DNA of 64,000 nucleotides from Candidatus Brocadiia bacterium (GTDB lineage Bacteria; Planctomycetota; PUPC01; DSUN01): NCBI GenBank assembly GCA_046538415.1, contig JBKHIY010000002.1, positions 1,411 to 65,410 of the forward strand, read 5' to 3'. Shown piece by piece: positions 10,230 to 20,469 of this stretch (position 1 is its first letter; each line of letters starts with the position of its first letter). The notes under the pieces were generated by a model. It saw only the letters and a program-made list of their open reading frames with translations, ran no database searches and was not told where the DNA came from. The position numbers and the translations under genes were made by a program.

Positions 10230-12887
10230 ATGAGTCCAGCCTATGCCGATTTGCGTTGCCGGTCAGCCCTGCGGTGCTCCCCTACGGTGCTTGGTCTGGC
10301 CGTGCTGTGCTGGTCCCTGGCGGCACGCGCGGGCGAGGCGCCGGCCCTGGAGGCGGATATCGCGAAGCTGCCCGCCAAGAGCGAGGCCCAGGCGAACGCC
10401 GTCCTCGAGCGGATCCTGGCCCGCGCCCCGGCGAGCATCGTCCAGCTCACACGCATGCTCCGCGCCCCCGGCGAGGGCGACGACTCGAAGGTCCGCTACG
10501 CCATCCACGGGCTGGCCAATTACGTCCAGCGGCCCGGCGCCGAGAAGGAGCGAAAGCTCTTTGCGACGACCCTCAGTCGACAGCTCGCCAGCGACCTCGC
10601 TCCCCCCGTCAAGGGCTTCCTCATCCGCCAGCTCCAACTCGCCGGCGGGCGGGAGACGATACCCGCCATCGCCCGGTGGCTGACCGACGAGCTGCTCTGC
10701 GAGTACGCCGCCCAGGCGCTCCTGGCTATGGGGGACAAGGCGGTGGTGGCGGCATTCCGGGAGGCGCTGCCCAAGGCACGCGGCGCATGCCGCCTGACCA
10801 TCATCCAGGACCTGGGCGTGCTCGGCGCCGCGCGGGGCCTCCCCGCGGTGCACGAGGCTTTGCGGGACGAGGACCGCGAGGTGCGTCTCGCCGCGGCGTT
10901 CGCGCTGGCCAACTCGGCCGACCGCGAGGCCGTGGACGCCCTGCTCGAGGCCGAACGGTCCGTCGAGTCGCGCTACGAGCGGAGCCAGACGACGGACGCC
11001 CTGCTCCTGCTGGCCCGCACACTGGGCGAGGCAGGGCAGGGGAGAGCGGCGGAGCGCATCTGCCGCCACCTGATGCAGACGCGTACTGAGCCGGGGGACA
11101 TCCACGTCCGCTGCGCCGCGCTCCTGGCACTGGCCAACGCCACGGGGGCCGAGGCCATGGACGACGTCCTGGCCGCCATGGGCTCGGACGACGCCGACTA
11201 CAGGGCCGCCGGCATCGCGGCCGCCATCGCCATGCCCGGCCAGAAAGCGACGCAGCAATGGGTCCAGCGCATGAAGCAGGCCAGCGCCCCGCGTCGGGCC
11301 GCCATCCTCGACCTTCTGGCCCGGCGGGGGGACTCCTCCGCGGTCCCCGCCGTGCTCGACGCCATGGAGGACCCCGACCCTGCGGTACGCCGGGCGGCCT
11401 ACGAGGCCATCCTGCGGGTGGGCGACGAGCGGGCCGTGAAGCCGCTGGTGGCGGCCCTGGGCAGCGAGAGCAAGGAGCAGCAGCGGGCGGCTCGCACCGC
11501 GCTCAAGCGGCTGGCGGGAGAGGCGGTGACGGCGGCCATCGCCGAGCGCCTGGCCGGGGCTTCGGCCCCCGTCCGGGCGGCGCTCCTGGACGTCCTCGCC
11601 GCGCGGGGGGCCAGGGCCTACTTCGCACGCATCCGCTCCTACGCGGACTCTCAGGAGCCCGCGGTCCGGGCTGCGGCGTTCTCTGCCCTGGGTCGACTCG
11701 CCGACGCCTCCCAGCTGCCCGCACTGGTCGAGCTCCTGGTCGAGGCCGACGGCGCCGCCGTGCGTCGGGCCGCCCAGCAGGCCCTTGCCGCCGCGTGCTC
11801 CAGGGTGCCCGACCAGGAGAGGGCCGCCGCCGTGCTCGCCGACGCCATGGCGGGCGCCCCTCCCCCAGCACGAGCCGGTCTGGTGAGCGTCCTGGGCGGG
11901 CTGGACGCCGCCAGGGCACTGGGCGCCATCCGCGCCGCACTCGATGACCCCGACGGGGGCGTGAAGGATGCGGCCATCCGCGCGCTCGCCCACTGGCCCG
12001 ACGACCGGCCGGCGGAAGACCTCCTGCGAATCGCAAGGTCCGCCGACCAGCTCACCCACCACGCCCTCGCCCTCCAGGGCTACATCCGCATGATCAAGCT
12101 GCGCGACGACCACCCGGTGGGAGAGCGCCTGGAGATGTGCCGCACGGCACTGGAGGCGGCCCGGCGGCCGGAGGAGAAACGCCAGGCCCTCTCCGCCGTG
12201 GCCGACGTGCCCGACCCCAAGGCCCTCGAGATGGCCCAATCCTACCTCTCGCAGCCGCCGCTGCGCGACGAGGCCGCCATCAGCGCCATCACCATCGCCA
12301 GGGCCATCAGCAGCGGCGAGCCCGGAGCCGCACGCGAGGCCATCCGCCGCGCCGTCGCGGCCAGCGACAGCCCAGAGGTGCGCAAGCAGGCCCAGGAGGC
12401 CAGGGAGTTCATCGAGCGCAACGAGGGCTACATCACCATCTGGCTGGTCAGCGGACCCTACAAGGGCAAGAGCACCCAGGACGCCCATCCCCCCGAGACG
12501 CCGGGTGCGAAGGGCGTGGCGTGGAAGCAGGTCGCCGCGACCGGCCAGCAGCCCGGCTTCCTCGACCTCAACGAGGTGGTGGGACGCCACGAGAACTCCT
12601 CGGCATACCTGAAAGCCCAGGTCTGGTCGCCCAGGGAGCAGAAGGCACGCCTCGAGGTGGGCAGCGACGACGGCGTCAAGGTGTGGCTCGATGGCCAGGT
12701 GGTGCTCGACAGGGACGTGGCCCGCTCCTTCACCCTCGACGAGGACCGGGTGGCCGTGACCCTCAAGGAGGGCTGGAACGCCCTTCGCCTCCAGGTCACC
12801 CAGGGCGGCGGGGATTGGAGCGTCGCGGTGCGCCTCCGCGCCCCCGACGGCTCCGGCCTCGAGGGCATCCGCATTCGGGCGCGGTGA
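10230..12887 (+). CDS. Secreted multi-HEAT-repeat protein with a C-terminal beta-sandwich (lectin/PA14-like) domain
   Basis: AGGAGG lies 7 nt upstream. Signal peptide is present, followed by more than 10 HEAT/PBS-lyase-like repeats ('VRAAALDVLAARG', 'AVRRAAYEAILRVGDERAVKPLVAAL'). C-terminal 'ITIWLVSGPY...ARLEVGSDDGVKVWLDGQVV...GWNALRLQVTQGGGDWSVAVRL'. Confidence 0.7.
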   Translation: MSPAYADLRCRSALRCSPTVLGLAVLCWSLAARAGEAPALEADIAKLPAKSEAQANAVLERILARAPASIVQLTRMLRAPGEGDDSKVRYAIHGLANYVQRPGAEKERKLFATTLSRQLASDLAPPVKGFLIRQLQLAGGRETIPAIARWLTDELLCEYAAQALLAMGDKAVVAAFREALPKARGACRLTIIQDLGVLGAARGLPAVHEALRDEDREVRLAAAFALANSADREAVDALLEAERSVESRYERSQTTDALLLLARTLGEAGQGRAAERICRHLMQTRTEPGDIHVRCAALLALANATGAEAMDDVLAAMGSDDADYRAAGIAAAIAMPGQKATQQWVQRMKQASAPRRAAILDLLARRGDSSAVPAVLDAMEDPDPAVRRAAYEAILRVGDERAVKPLVAALGSESKEQQRAARTALKRLAGEAVTAAIAERLAGASAPVRAALLDVLAARGARAYFARIRSYADSQEPAVRAAAFSALGRLADASQLPALVELLVEADGAAVRRAAQQALAAACSRVPDQERAAAVLADAMAGAPPPARAGLVSVLGGLDAARALGAIRAALDDPDGGVKDAAIRALAHWPDDRPAEDLLRIARSADQLTHHALALQGYIRMIKLRDDHPVGERLEMCRTALEAARRPEEKRQALSAVADVPDPKALEMAQSYLSQPPLRDEAAISAITIARAISSGEPGAAREAIRRAVAASDSPEVRKQAQEAREFIERNEGYITIWLVSGPYKGKSTQDAHPPETPGAKGVAWKQVAATGQQPGFLDLNEVVGRHENSSAYLKAQVWSPREQKARLEVGSDDGVKVWLDGQVVLDRDVARSFTLDEDRVAVTLKEGWNALRLQVTQGGGDWSVAVRLRAPDGSGLEGIRIRAR

Positions 12888-12939
12888 GCGCTGGAGGGCG
12901 CTCCGGTCGGCCCCCGACATTCTGGCGAGGTGCAGCCCG

Positions 12940-13947
12940 ATGGGGCGAAGGGCGACGGATCTTGCATGGGGGCTCGCCGCGGTCGCCTGGCTCGCAGGCG
13001 GGTGCCGCGGACACGACCATCCTCTCGACCCGCGAGTGGGCGAATACGAAGGGGAGCACACGGCGGCGAGCGGGCAGAAGAGGGCGGCGAAGGCCAAGCT
13101 CGTCGCCAGGGGCCGTGGCCGCTACGATGTCGTCCTCACCTTCCTCCAGCGATCCCGGGGCTCGGAGCGGGCGCGGCTCGAGCTCGATGGCCGTCGCCTC
13201 GACGGGGGCGTGTGGGTCAGGGGCCAGGCGCTGGGCGTCGAGTGGAAAGGGGCCTTGAGCGGCCAGCGGCTGGTGGTGGCGAGCTCGGGGCAGGAGAGTG
13301 CCTGCTTTCGGCTTCGCCGCGCCGAGCGCCACTCGCCCACCGAGGGACAGGCGCCCCCGGAGGGGGCGGTGGTGCTCCTGCCTTTCGAGCCCGGCCGGCC
13401 GACGAGCCTGGAGGCGTGGACGAACCCGCGCTGGAAAGTGCTGGAGGACGGCAGCGTCCTCGTGCGGGGAGGAGACAACCGAACGCGGCGGCAGTTCCAA
13501 GACTTCCGGGCCCACATCGAGTTCCGCTGTCCCTTCATGCCCACCCGTCGGGGCCAGCGGCGGGGCAACAGCGGGGTGTTCCTCCAGGACCGTTACGAGC
13601 TCCAGGTGCTCGACTCGTTTGGCCTGGAGCCCCACCGGCGCGGATGCGGCGCCTTCTATGGACTCCTGGCGCCGAGCTGCAACCCCTGCCTGCCGCCGGG
13701 ACGCTGGCAGACCTTCGACATCGTCTTCCGCGCTCCCCGCTTCGACGCCCAGGGTGCGAAGACCGCTCCCGCCGTGGCCACCGTGCGGCTCAACGGCGTG
13801 ACCATCCACGACGGCGCCGAGGTCCCCGAGCCGACCCGCGGCGGCATCGGCGAGGAAGGCCAGCCCGGACCGCTCCGCCTCCAGGACCACCTGTGCCCCG
13901 TGCGCTACCGCAACATCTGGGTCGTCGAGGACGACCTCAGCCCGTGA
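12940..13947 (+). CDS. DUF1080 (3-keto-disaccharide hydrolase-like) lipoprotein
   Basis: Lipobox 'AVAWLAGGC'. Motifs 'FQDFRAHIEFR', 'NSGVFLQDRYELQVLDS', 'LRLQDHLCPVRYRNIWV'. Confidence 0.7.
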   Translation: MGRRATDLAWGLAAVAWLAGGCRGHDHPLDPRVGEYEGEHTAASGQKRAAKAKLVARGRGRYDVVLTFLQRSRGSERARLELDGRRLDGGVWVRGQALGVEWKGALSGQRLVVASSGQESACFRLRRAERHSPTEGQAPPEGAVVLLPFEPGRPTSLEAWTNPRWKVLEDGSVLVRGGDNRTRRQFQDFRAHIEFRCPFMPTRRGQRRGNSGVFLQDRYELQVLDSFGLEPHRRGCGAFYGLLAPSCNPCLPPGRWQTFDIVFRAPRFDAQGAKTAPAVATVRLNGVTIHDGAEVPEPTRGGIGEEGQPGPLRLQDHLCPVRYRNIWVVEDDLSP

Positions 13948-13975
13948 CGCCCCGCTCGGCGGCATGGCTCGCCCT

Positions 13976-14004
13976 TTGCCCTGGCCCCTGCCCTGCGCCA
14001 TAAT
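13976..14004 (+). promoter_or_regulatory. Sigma70-type promoter candidate, TTGCCC-17-CATAAT
   Basis: Located 49 nt upstream of the ATPase ATG. Confidence 0.35.
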
Positions 14005-14052
14005 GGAAGAAGCGCTGGCACCGCGGGTGGGGACGCCCCTCGAGGATTCCCC

Positions 14053-16104
14053 ATGCACGAGCAGCACGCCCGCCACGCCTCCCACGAGCACGGTGGCGAC
14101 GGCTCGGACCACCACGCTCACATGGTGGCCGACTTCCGCCGCCGCTTCTGGGTGTCGCTCGTCCTGTCGGTGCCCATCTTGGCTCTCGCCCCACTGATCC
14201 AGGAATGGCTGGGCCTGGCGGAGACCCTGGCCTTCCCTGGCGACAGCATCGTCCAGCTCGCGCTGGCCACGGTCGTCTTCTTCTACGGCGGATGGCCTTT
14301 TTTGAAGGGGCTGGCGGGCGAGCTGCGCGGGCGGCAGCCGGGCATGATGACGCTCATCGGCCTGGCTATCATCGTGGCCTACGGCTACAGCAGCGCGGTG
14401 GTCCTGGGGCTTCCCGGCAAGGTCTTCTTCTGGGAGCTGGCCACGCTGATCGTGGTCATGCTGCTGGGCCACTGGATCGAGATGAAGTCGGTGATGGGCG
14501 CCTCAGGGGCCTTGGAGGAGCTGGTCAAGCTCCTCCCCGCCGAGGCACATCGCTTGAGCGAGGACGGCAGCACCGAGGACGTGCCGGTCGACGAGCTGGC
14601 CGAAGGCGACCGCGTGCTGGTCAAGCCCGGAGAGAAGATCCCCGTGGACGGCGTGGTCGCGGAGGGACGCACCACGGTCAACCAGGCCATGGTCACGGGC
14701 GAGAGCAGGCCCGTGGAGAAGGGCGAGGGCGACGAGGTGGTGGGCGGCGCCGTCAACGGCGAATCCGCCGTGACCATCGAGACCCGCAAGACCGGCGACC
14801 AGACCTACCTCTCCCAGGTGGTGGCCATGGTGCGGCAGGCCCAGGAAAGCCGCTCGCGGACCCAGGACTTCGCCGACCGCGCCGCCTTCTGGCTCACCCT
14901 CATCGCCATCAGTGTGGGCACCGCGACCCTCGTGGTGTGGCTGCTGGTGGGCAGGGAGTTCGTCTTCTCCCTCGAACGCATGGTCACGGTGATGGTGATC
15001 ACCTGCCCCCACGCTCTGGGGCTTGCCATTCCCCTGGTGGTGGCCGTCTCCACGGCCCTGGCGGCCCGGCGGGGCCTGCTGATCCGCGACCGCTCGGCGT
15101 TCGAGCGCGCTCGCGGCCTGGAGGCCATCGTCTTCGACAAGACGGGTACGCTGACCGAGGGGCGCTTCGCCGTTTCCCAGGTCGTGCCCCTGGGCGAGCG
15201 GGAGGAAGGCGAGGTCCTGCGGCTGGCGGCCAGCCTGGAGAGCCAGTCCGAGCACCCCATCGCCCGCGGCATCGTGGAAGCCGCAGCCGAGCGTGGGATC
15301 GACACCACCACGCCGAAGGATTTCCAGGCCATACCGGGCAAGGGCGCCCAGGCACAGCTCGATGGGACCGACGTGAAGGTGGTCAGCCCCAGCTACCTCG
15401 AAGAGGCGGGCACCCGCGCCGGGGACGACGAGCGCCTCGCCACGATGGCCGACGAAGGGAAGACCGTCGTCTACGTCCTCGCCGCCGACGAGGTGGTGGG
15501 AGCCATCGGCCTGGCCGACGTGATCCGCGAGGAGTCCCGCGAGGCCCTCGGCCGGCTGAAGGCCATGGGCATCCAGGTGATGATGCTCACCGGCGACTCC
15601 GAAGCCGTGGCCCGGTGGGCCGCCCGGGAGCTGGACCTCGACGACTACTTCGCCGGCGTGCTCCCCGACCAGAAGGCATCCAAGATTCGGGAGGTCAAGC
15701 AGCGGGGCCTCACGGTCGCCATGGTGGGCGACGGGGTGAACGACGCGCCCGCCCTGGTGGAGGCCGACGTGGGCATCGCCATCGGGGCGGGGACCGACGT
15801 GGCCGTGGAATCCGCCGACATCGTGCTCGTTCGCTCCGACCCCCGCGATGCCACCGCCATCGTCGAGCTCGCCCGCGCCACCTACGCCAAGATGGTCCAG
15901 AACCTGTGGTGGGCCACGGGCTACAACGTGGTGGCCATCCCCCTGGCGGCGGGAGTCCTCTACGGCGCCGGCATCCTCCTCTCGCCCGCGGTGGGAGCCA
16001 TCCTGATGTCCCTGTCGACCGTCATCGTGGCGGTCAACGCCCGGCTGCTCGGCCGCCGCAGCCCCTCCGGCGCACGCGAGGAGCGGGGGGCCGAGGCGCC
16101 CTAG
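14053..16104 (+). CDS. copB: Copper-translocating P1B-type ATPase (CPH-motif, CopB-like) with His-rich N-terminus
   Basis: N-terminal 'HEQHARHASHEHGGDGSDHHAH'. Motifs 'TGES', 'VITCPHALGLAIP', 'DKTGTLT', 'GDGVNDAPAL'. Confidence 0.88.
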   Translation: MHEQHARHASHEHGGDGSDHHAHMVADFRRRFWVSLVLSVPILALAPLIQEWLGLAETLAFPGDSIVQLALATVVFFYGGWPFLKGLAGELRGRQPGMMTLIGLAIIVAYGYSSAVVLGLPGKVFFWELATLIVVMLLGHWIEMKSVMGASGALEELVKLLPAEAHRLSEDGSTEDVPVDELAEGDRVLVKPGEKIPVDGVVAEGRTTVNQAMVTGESRPVEKGEGDEVVGGAVNGESAVTIETRKTGDQTYLSQVVAMVRQAQESRSRTQDFADRAAFWLTLIAISVGTATLVVWLLVGREFVFSLERMVTVMVITCPHALGLAIPLVVAVSTALAARRGLLIRDRSAFERARGLEAIVFDKTGTLTEGRFAVSQVVPLGEREEGEVLRLAASLESQSEHPIARGIVEAAAERGIDTTTPKDFQAIPGKGAQAQLDGTDVKVVSPSYLEEAGTRAGDDERLATMADEGKTVVYVLAADEVVGAIGLADVIREESREALGRLKAMGIQVMMLTGDSEAVARWAARELDLDDYFAGVLPDQKASKIREVKQRGLTVAMVGDGVNDAPALVEADVGIAIGAGTDVAVESADIVLVRSDPRDATAIVELARATYAKMVQNLWWATGYNVVAIPLAAGVLYGAGILLSPAVGAILMSLSTVIVAVNARLLGRRSPSGAREERGAEAP

Positions 16105-16123
16105 CGCTGGAGCGAGGAGCACC

Positions 16124-18640
16124 ATGAGCGGCAAGGCTGGGCTATCGAGGGGAGCCGCAGGGTTTCGCGCCGGGGCAGCGCTGCTGGTCGGGGCGGGCAT
16201 TCTGAGCGCGATGATGGCGCCCTGTCCGGGCGCGGGCCTGGAGCGGCTGATGGTCCTCCGCTCGGGCTATCCCCGCGCCTTCTTCTTTCGCGCCGCGGAA
16301 GCCACCGCGGCCAACCCGCGATGGTCCTACGAGCGGTGGGAGGCCACGTTCGGGCGGTTGATGGGCATCGAGGGGAAGGTGCTCGACGAGGAAGTGCCCG
16401 GCCGCTCGCGGCGCAACATCGAGTTCTTCGCCCGCTTCAAGCGCGCCCATCCCCGTCAGCTCGTCCTCCTCCACTACAACGGCAACGCCCGCGACCCGCG
16501 CTACCAGACGGAGAAGTACTTCGCCGGGCACTGGCTCTACTACAACGGGGCCACCATCCTCGCCGACGTGCCCGCGGAGGAAGGCGTGGCCGAGCTGCGG
16601 GTGGACGAGCCAGGACTCTTTCGCACCGGGGTCGGCCGCTACCGCGAATCGAACGAGGACGTCGGCCTGTGCATGCTGGACGCGGAAGGACGGCCCGACT
16701 GGCGCCGCGCCGAGCAGGTGCAGCTTCTGTCCGTGGACCGGGGGCGAGGCACCCTCCGCGTGCGCCGGGGCTGCTACGGGACCGAGCCCCGGGCCTTCCC
16801 CGCGGGGAGGGCCTACGCCGCGGCACACGCGCACGAGGGGCCGTGGGGCCGGCGCTCGCACCTGATGTGGTTCTACAACTACTCGACCCGCTGTCCCCGG
16901 GACGAGGCGGGGCGCACGTGCGGCGAGGTGCACGCGGAGGAGCTTGCGGCGCGATTCCTCCCCGGCGGCGAGCTCACCGCCTTCGACGGAGTCGAGTTCG
17001 ACGTCCTGCACCACGCGGTGGGCCGGAGAAGGGGGCCGCGCGGGCCCGATTGCGACGCCGACGGGGAGGCGGACAGCGGCGTCTTCGACGGGGTGAACAG
17101 CTACGGCGTCGGCGTCGTCGACTTCTGTCGCGCCCTGCGGCGGAAGCTGGGCGAGGGACGGCTGTTGCTGGCCGACGGGCACGGGCTGAACAACCAGCGG
17201 GCGTTCGGCATCCTCAACGGCATCGAGAGCGAGGGCTGGCCGACCCTCCGCGACTGGGCGATGGACGACTGGTCGGGGGGCCTCAACCGCCACTTCTTCT
17301 GGGCGGCCCGTGGCCGCTCGCCAGCGTTCAGCTACGTCAACCACAAGTTCATCGCCCCCGGCGACGAGCCGGGACGCCCGCGACGACCGGACGTGCCGTG
17401 GAACGTCCATCGCCTGGTCTTCGCCGCGGCGGTGCTCACCGATTCGGCCATTTGCTATAGCTTCGCGCCCCCGCGGGAGGAGGGCGGGCTCTTCGGCCTC
17501 TGGGACGAGTTGTGGAAGGGCACCGAGCGCCAGGTCGGCTGGCTGGGCCAGCCCCTCGGTCCCCCCGTTCGCCTGGCGAAGCGGGGGCCCGACCTGCTCG
17601 CGGGCGCGGCGCCCGCCGTCGCCCGGGACGCCGGGGAGGGGCAGCGGCGGTTCCTCCTCGAGGGCGTGCCGTGCCGCGGCCCGGACCTCTTCGTCGCCGT
17701 GAGGGCGCGGGCGGAGCCCCTGCCTGGCCGTCCCCGGGAAGTCGCCCGGCTGATGTGGGTGGGCATCCCGCCGCCGGAGGCCCACCTGACGCGAGAGGAG
17801 CCGCCGAGGACGGGGATGTGCCTGCGCGGCGGGGAGGAGAGGGAGCTGGACCCCGACACTGGCGCCGCGGTGCGCTACCTCTCGGCGCGCCGCCTGCCAG
17901 GCCCGGTCCGGGCGGCCTACTTCGTCCATCCGCCCTACCGGGGCGTGGCCGGGTATGCGTTCTGGGAGCGAGAGGCCACGGTGCCCCGGGAGGCTAGGCT
18001 CGACTTCTTCCTGGGGATGGGCGAGAAGAGCCCCGAGCGCAGCGACGGGGTGACCTTTCGCGTGCTGGTGGGCGGGCGAGAGGTCTTCGAGCACCGCCAG
18101 AAGGCCAGCGAATGGACCCATCACACCGTGTCCCTCGCCAGGTGGGCGGGCCAGCGGGTGAAGCTGAAGTTCATCTCCGACTGCGGCCCTGATGACGATA
18201 CCACCACCGACCACAGCATGTGGGGCGACGTGTGGCTGCTGGGGCCGGGCGGCAAGGAGGCCGTGACCCCGGGATGCCGGTCTATGGCCTGGGTGGACGA
18301 CCGGGAGTTCGAGTCGGGCTTCTACTTCCCCGACGTGCGTTCCCAGACGGTCGACCTGGAGTTCGTGGTGGAAGGCGCTGCCCCGGTCACGCTCGCCTCG
18401 GTGCGTGCCTACGCGGCGCCGGACGTCATGGTGCGGGAGTTCCAGGGCGGGGTGGTGCTGGCGAACCCGTCTCCCCGCCCGTATGTGTTTGACCTGGCGG
18501 CGCTGTTCGGAGGCGCGAGGTTCCGCCGGCTCAAGGGCTCGCCCCGCCAGGACCCCGCGACGAACGACGGCTCGCGGGTCCGCGGGCCGGTCGAGCTGGG
18601 GCCCAAGGACGCGTTGTTCCTGGTCACGGAGGCCCCTTGA
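16124..18640 (+). CDS. Large secreted hypothetical protein, possibly glycoside-hydrolase-like
   Basis: Coding-like 838-aa ORF with an N-terminal hydrophobic signal or anchor 'AALLVGAGILSAMMA'. No confidently recognised family motif. Sits between copB and the glycan and sulfatase genes. Confidence 0.5.
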   Translation: MSGKAGLSRGAAGFRAGAALLVGAGILSAMMAPCPGAGLERLMVLRSGYPRAFFFRAAEATAANPRWSYERWEATFGRLMGIEGKVLDEEVPGRSRRNIEFFARFKRAHPRQLVLLHYNGNARDPRYQTEKYFAGHWLYYNGATILADVPAEEGVAELRVDEPGLFRTGVGRYRESNEDVGLCMLDAEGRPDWRRAEQVQLLSVDRGRGTLRVRRGCYGTEPRAFPAGRAYAAAHAHEGPWGRRSHLMWFYNYSTRCPRDEAGRTCGEVHAEELAARFLPGGELTAFDGVEFDVLHHAVGRRRGPRGPDCDADGEADSGVFDGVNSYGVGVVDFCRALRRKLGEGRLLLADGHGLNNQRAFGILNGIESEGWPTLRDWAMDDWSGGLNRHFFWAARGRSPAFSYVNHKFIAPGDEPGRPRRPDVPWNVHRLVFAAAVLTDSAICYSFAPPREEGGLFGLWDELWKGTERQVGWLGQPLGPPVRLAKRGPDLLAGAAPAVARDAGEGQRRFLLEGVPCRGPDLFVAVRARAEPLPGRPREVARLMWVGIPPPEAHLTREEPPRTGMCLRGGEERELDPDTGAAVRYLSARRLPGPVRAAYFVHPPYRGVAGYAFWEREATVPREARLDFFLGMGEKSPERSDGVTFRVLVGGREVFEHRQKASEWTHHTVSLARWAGQRVKLKFISDCGPDDDTTTDHSMWGDVWLLGPGGKEAVTPGCRSMAWVDDREFESGFYFPDVRSQTVDLEFVVEGAAPVTLASVRAYAAPDVMVREFQGGVVLANPSPRPYVFDLAALFGGARFRRLKGSPRQDPATNDGSRVRGPVELGPKDALFLVTEAP

Positions 18641-20420
18641 GCACGAAGAGGCGCGTCTGGGCGTCGGCGGGGACCACGAGCGTGAGGCCCTCGTGCCCGG
18701 CGAAGTCGTCGAGGACCACCTGTCGGGGCTGGCCCTGCTCCGTCCACAGGGGATCGTAGGTGGCCAGGAGGTGGAACCGGCCGAGGGCCACGCGGCGGAC
18801 GATGGGCCGCTGTTCGGCGAACTGCTCCTGGGCGGGAACGTCGATGTGGACCTCGCCGTGTCGCAGGATGTACTCGAAGGCCTTGGCCAGGGCGAGGCCC
18901 TCGACCATCGCCGCCACGGGCTCGGACTTCGCTCGCAGGCGGGGGAGCAGCTCGTCGCGCCCCATGGCGTAGACCGGCATCTCGTCGCCCACCCCGTAGT
19001 TGGCGCCGGGGTCGTCCTTTCGGATTCGCTGGAATCGCACCGCTCCCTCCTCCACGCTCAGCACGTGGAGGGCGTCGTAGCGGACGAAGCGGGTGGGGCG
19101 CGCCGCTCCCTCCGCCGTCCGCTCGAACGGCTCTCCGACCATCACGTCGTGGCACACCCACTGCCCGGTCTGGGGGTCCTTGTGCTGTAGGGCTGGCCGG
19201 TGGTGATTCCCGGTGCCCGACCAGTTCCACAGCACGATGCCGTCGATGCCGGTGAAGAAGGCGAGGGCGGTCATGGCCCGCACGTCCTGGTCGCGGATGG
19301 GCTGTCCTCGCCACCATCTCCATCCGCCTCCCCCGCCGTGGAGGAGGGTCCAGAAGTAGGGCCGCACCGGCTTGCGCTGGGGCATGGAGCGCACCAGCTT
19401 CATATTGAGGTCGATGTTCGCCAGCACGTAGGCCACGTTCCTCGGCGTCCAGTAGAAACAGTAGACCGAGGGGTTGAGGACGTCCACGGCCTCGTAGATG
19501 CGCCGCCCGAAGGCGGTCCAGGGCCAGTGGGTCGCCGGGTGGACGCGGGCCTCCTCCAGGCCCCAGTAGGTCCGGCGGAAGGGCTGCCAGCCATAGACGC
19601 TGATGTTGTGCCAGCCTGCGTCCCGGGCGGCGCGGACGGGCGCGGTGTAGGTCTTGGCGTAGCCGTCGTAGTAGGCTCTCATTGCGGCCAGGCATAAGTG
19701 GCCGGCGGCCCCCGCGGGAAACCAGGGCTGCTGGCGAAGCTCTTCGGGATCGAGGACGGGATGTTCCATGTCGATCATCAGGTAGTGGAAGCCTGGGTTG
19801 GGTCCGAAGATCTCCTCCCTGCGCAGCAGGGCCGCCACGTCGAGGCGGGCCAGGCGGTCGTAGCGTCCCTCGGGGATGCCGTGTTCGGGCAACCAGCGAG
19901 GCCAATCGACGAACCCACCCCACTTCAGCCACCGGGTGCCCTCGGGCAGGTGCTCCCAGCCCTCGATGGCGTGATTGTAGGGGAAGAGGATGCTGAACCC
20001 GTGGGTGACGGCGTAGTCGGCCATCGCCCAGTTGTGCCAGCCGCCGTAGCTGAACTCGTTGTGGAAGTAGCGGAACCGGAAGGGGCGGATGCCTCGGGCC
20101 ACGTAGGGCGCCCGGCCGGGGGGAAAGCCGTCGGTCATCTTCGGGGGATAGGGCTCCGCCGGGCGGCCCAGCCGGGGCGGGGAGTCGTCCAGGGCCACGC
20201 CCCGAAGCTCCGACGGCGTGATGCCCTGGTCGGGAGCCAACTCCAGTCGCTCCGGCCCGGCGGGCAGGGCCACGACCTCGGCGCCGGGCAGCCTCTCCAG
20301 GCACCGGCTCACCTCGGCTTCGACCTGCCCCGGCGCCCCGCACGCCGCCACGGCGGCGAGCGCCAACAGGATGCAGCCCGCCAGGGGCGCCGCGACCGCT
20401 CTGTCGGCTCTCTCTGGCAT
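18624..20420 (-). CDS. Lipoprotein with GH56 (hyaluronidase)-like TIM-barrel motif series
   Basis: ATG 20420 gives the signal and lipobox 'MPERADRAVAAPLAGCILLALAAVAACG'. Motifs are collinear with animal hyaluronidases: 'LMIDMEHP' (D-x-E), 'ISVYGWQPF', 'VDVLNPSVYCFYW', 'VRPYFWTLL', 'GIDGIVLWNW'. Confidence 0.55.
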   Translation of the reverse strand: MPERADRAVAAPLAGCILLALAAVAACGAPGQVEAEVSRCLERLPGAEVVALPAGPERLELAPDQGITPSELRGVALDDSPPRLGRPAEPYPPKMTDGFPPGRAPYVARGIRPFRFRYFHNEFSYGGWHNWAMADYAVTHGFSILFPYNHAIEGWEHLPEGTRWLKWGGFVDWPRWLPEHGIPEGRYDRLARLDVAALLRREEIFGPNPGFHYLMIDMEHPVLDPEELRQQPWFPAGAAGHLCLAAMRAYYDGYAKTYTAPVRAARDAGWHNISVYGWQPFRRTYWGLEEARVHPATHWPWTAFGRRIYEAVDVLNPSVYCFYWTPRNVAYVLANIDLNMKLVRSMPQRKPVRPYFWTLLHGGGGGWRWWRGQPIRDQDVRAMTALAFFTGIDGIVLWNWSGTGNHHRPALQHKDPQTGQWVCHDVMVGEPFERTAEGAARPTRFVRYDALHVLSVEEGAVRFQRIRKDDPGANYGVGDEMPVYAMGRDELLPRLRAKSEPVAAMVEGLALAKAFEYILRHGEVHIDVPAQEQFAEQRPIVRRVALGRFHLLATYDPLWTEQGQPRQVVLDDFAGHEGLTLVVPADAQTRLFVLKGPP

Positions 20421-20428
20421 CGTCAGGT

Positions 20429-20457
20429 TTGACAGACCTCGGCGAGAACGGTTGAAT
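20429..20457 (+). promoter_or_regulatory. Sigma70-type promoter candidate, TTGACA-17-TTGAAT, for the sulfatase operon
   Basis: Consensus -35 with 17-nt spacer, 74 nt upstream of ATG 20531. Confidence 0.45.
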
Positions 20458-20469
20458 GAAAGCGTCAGG

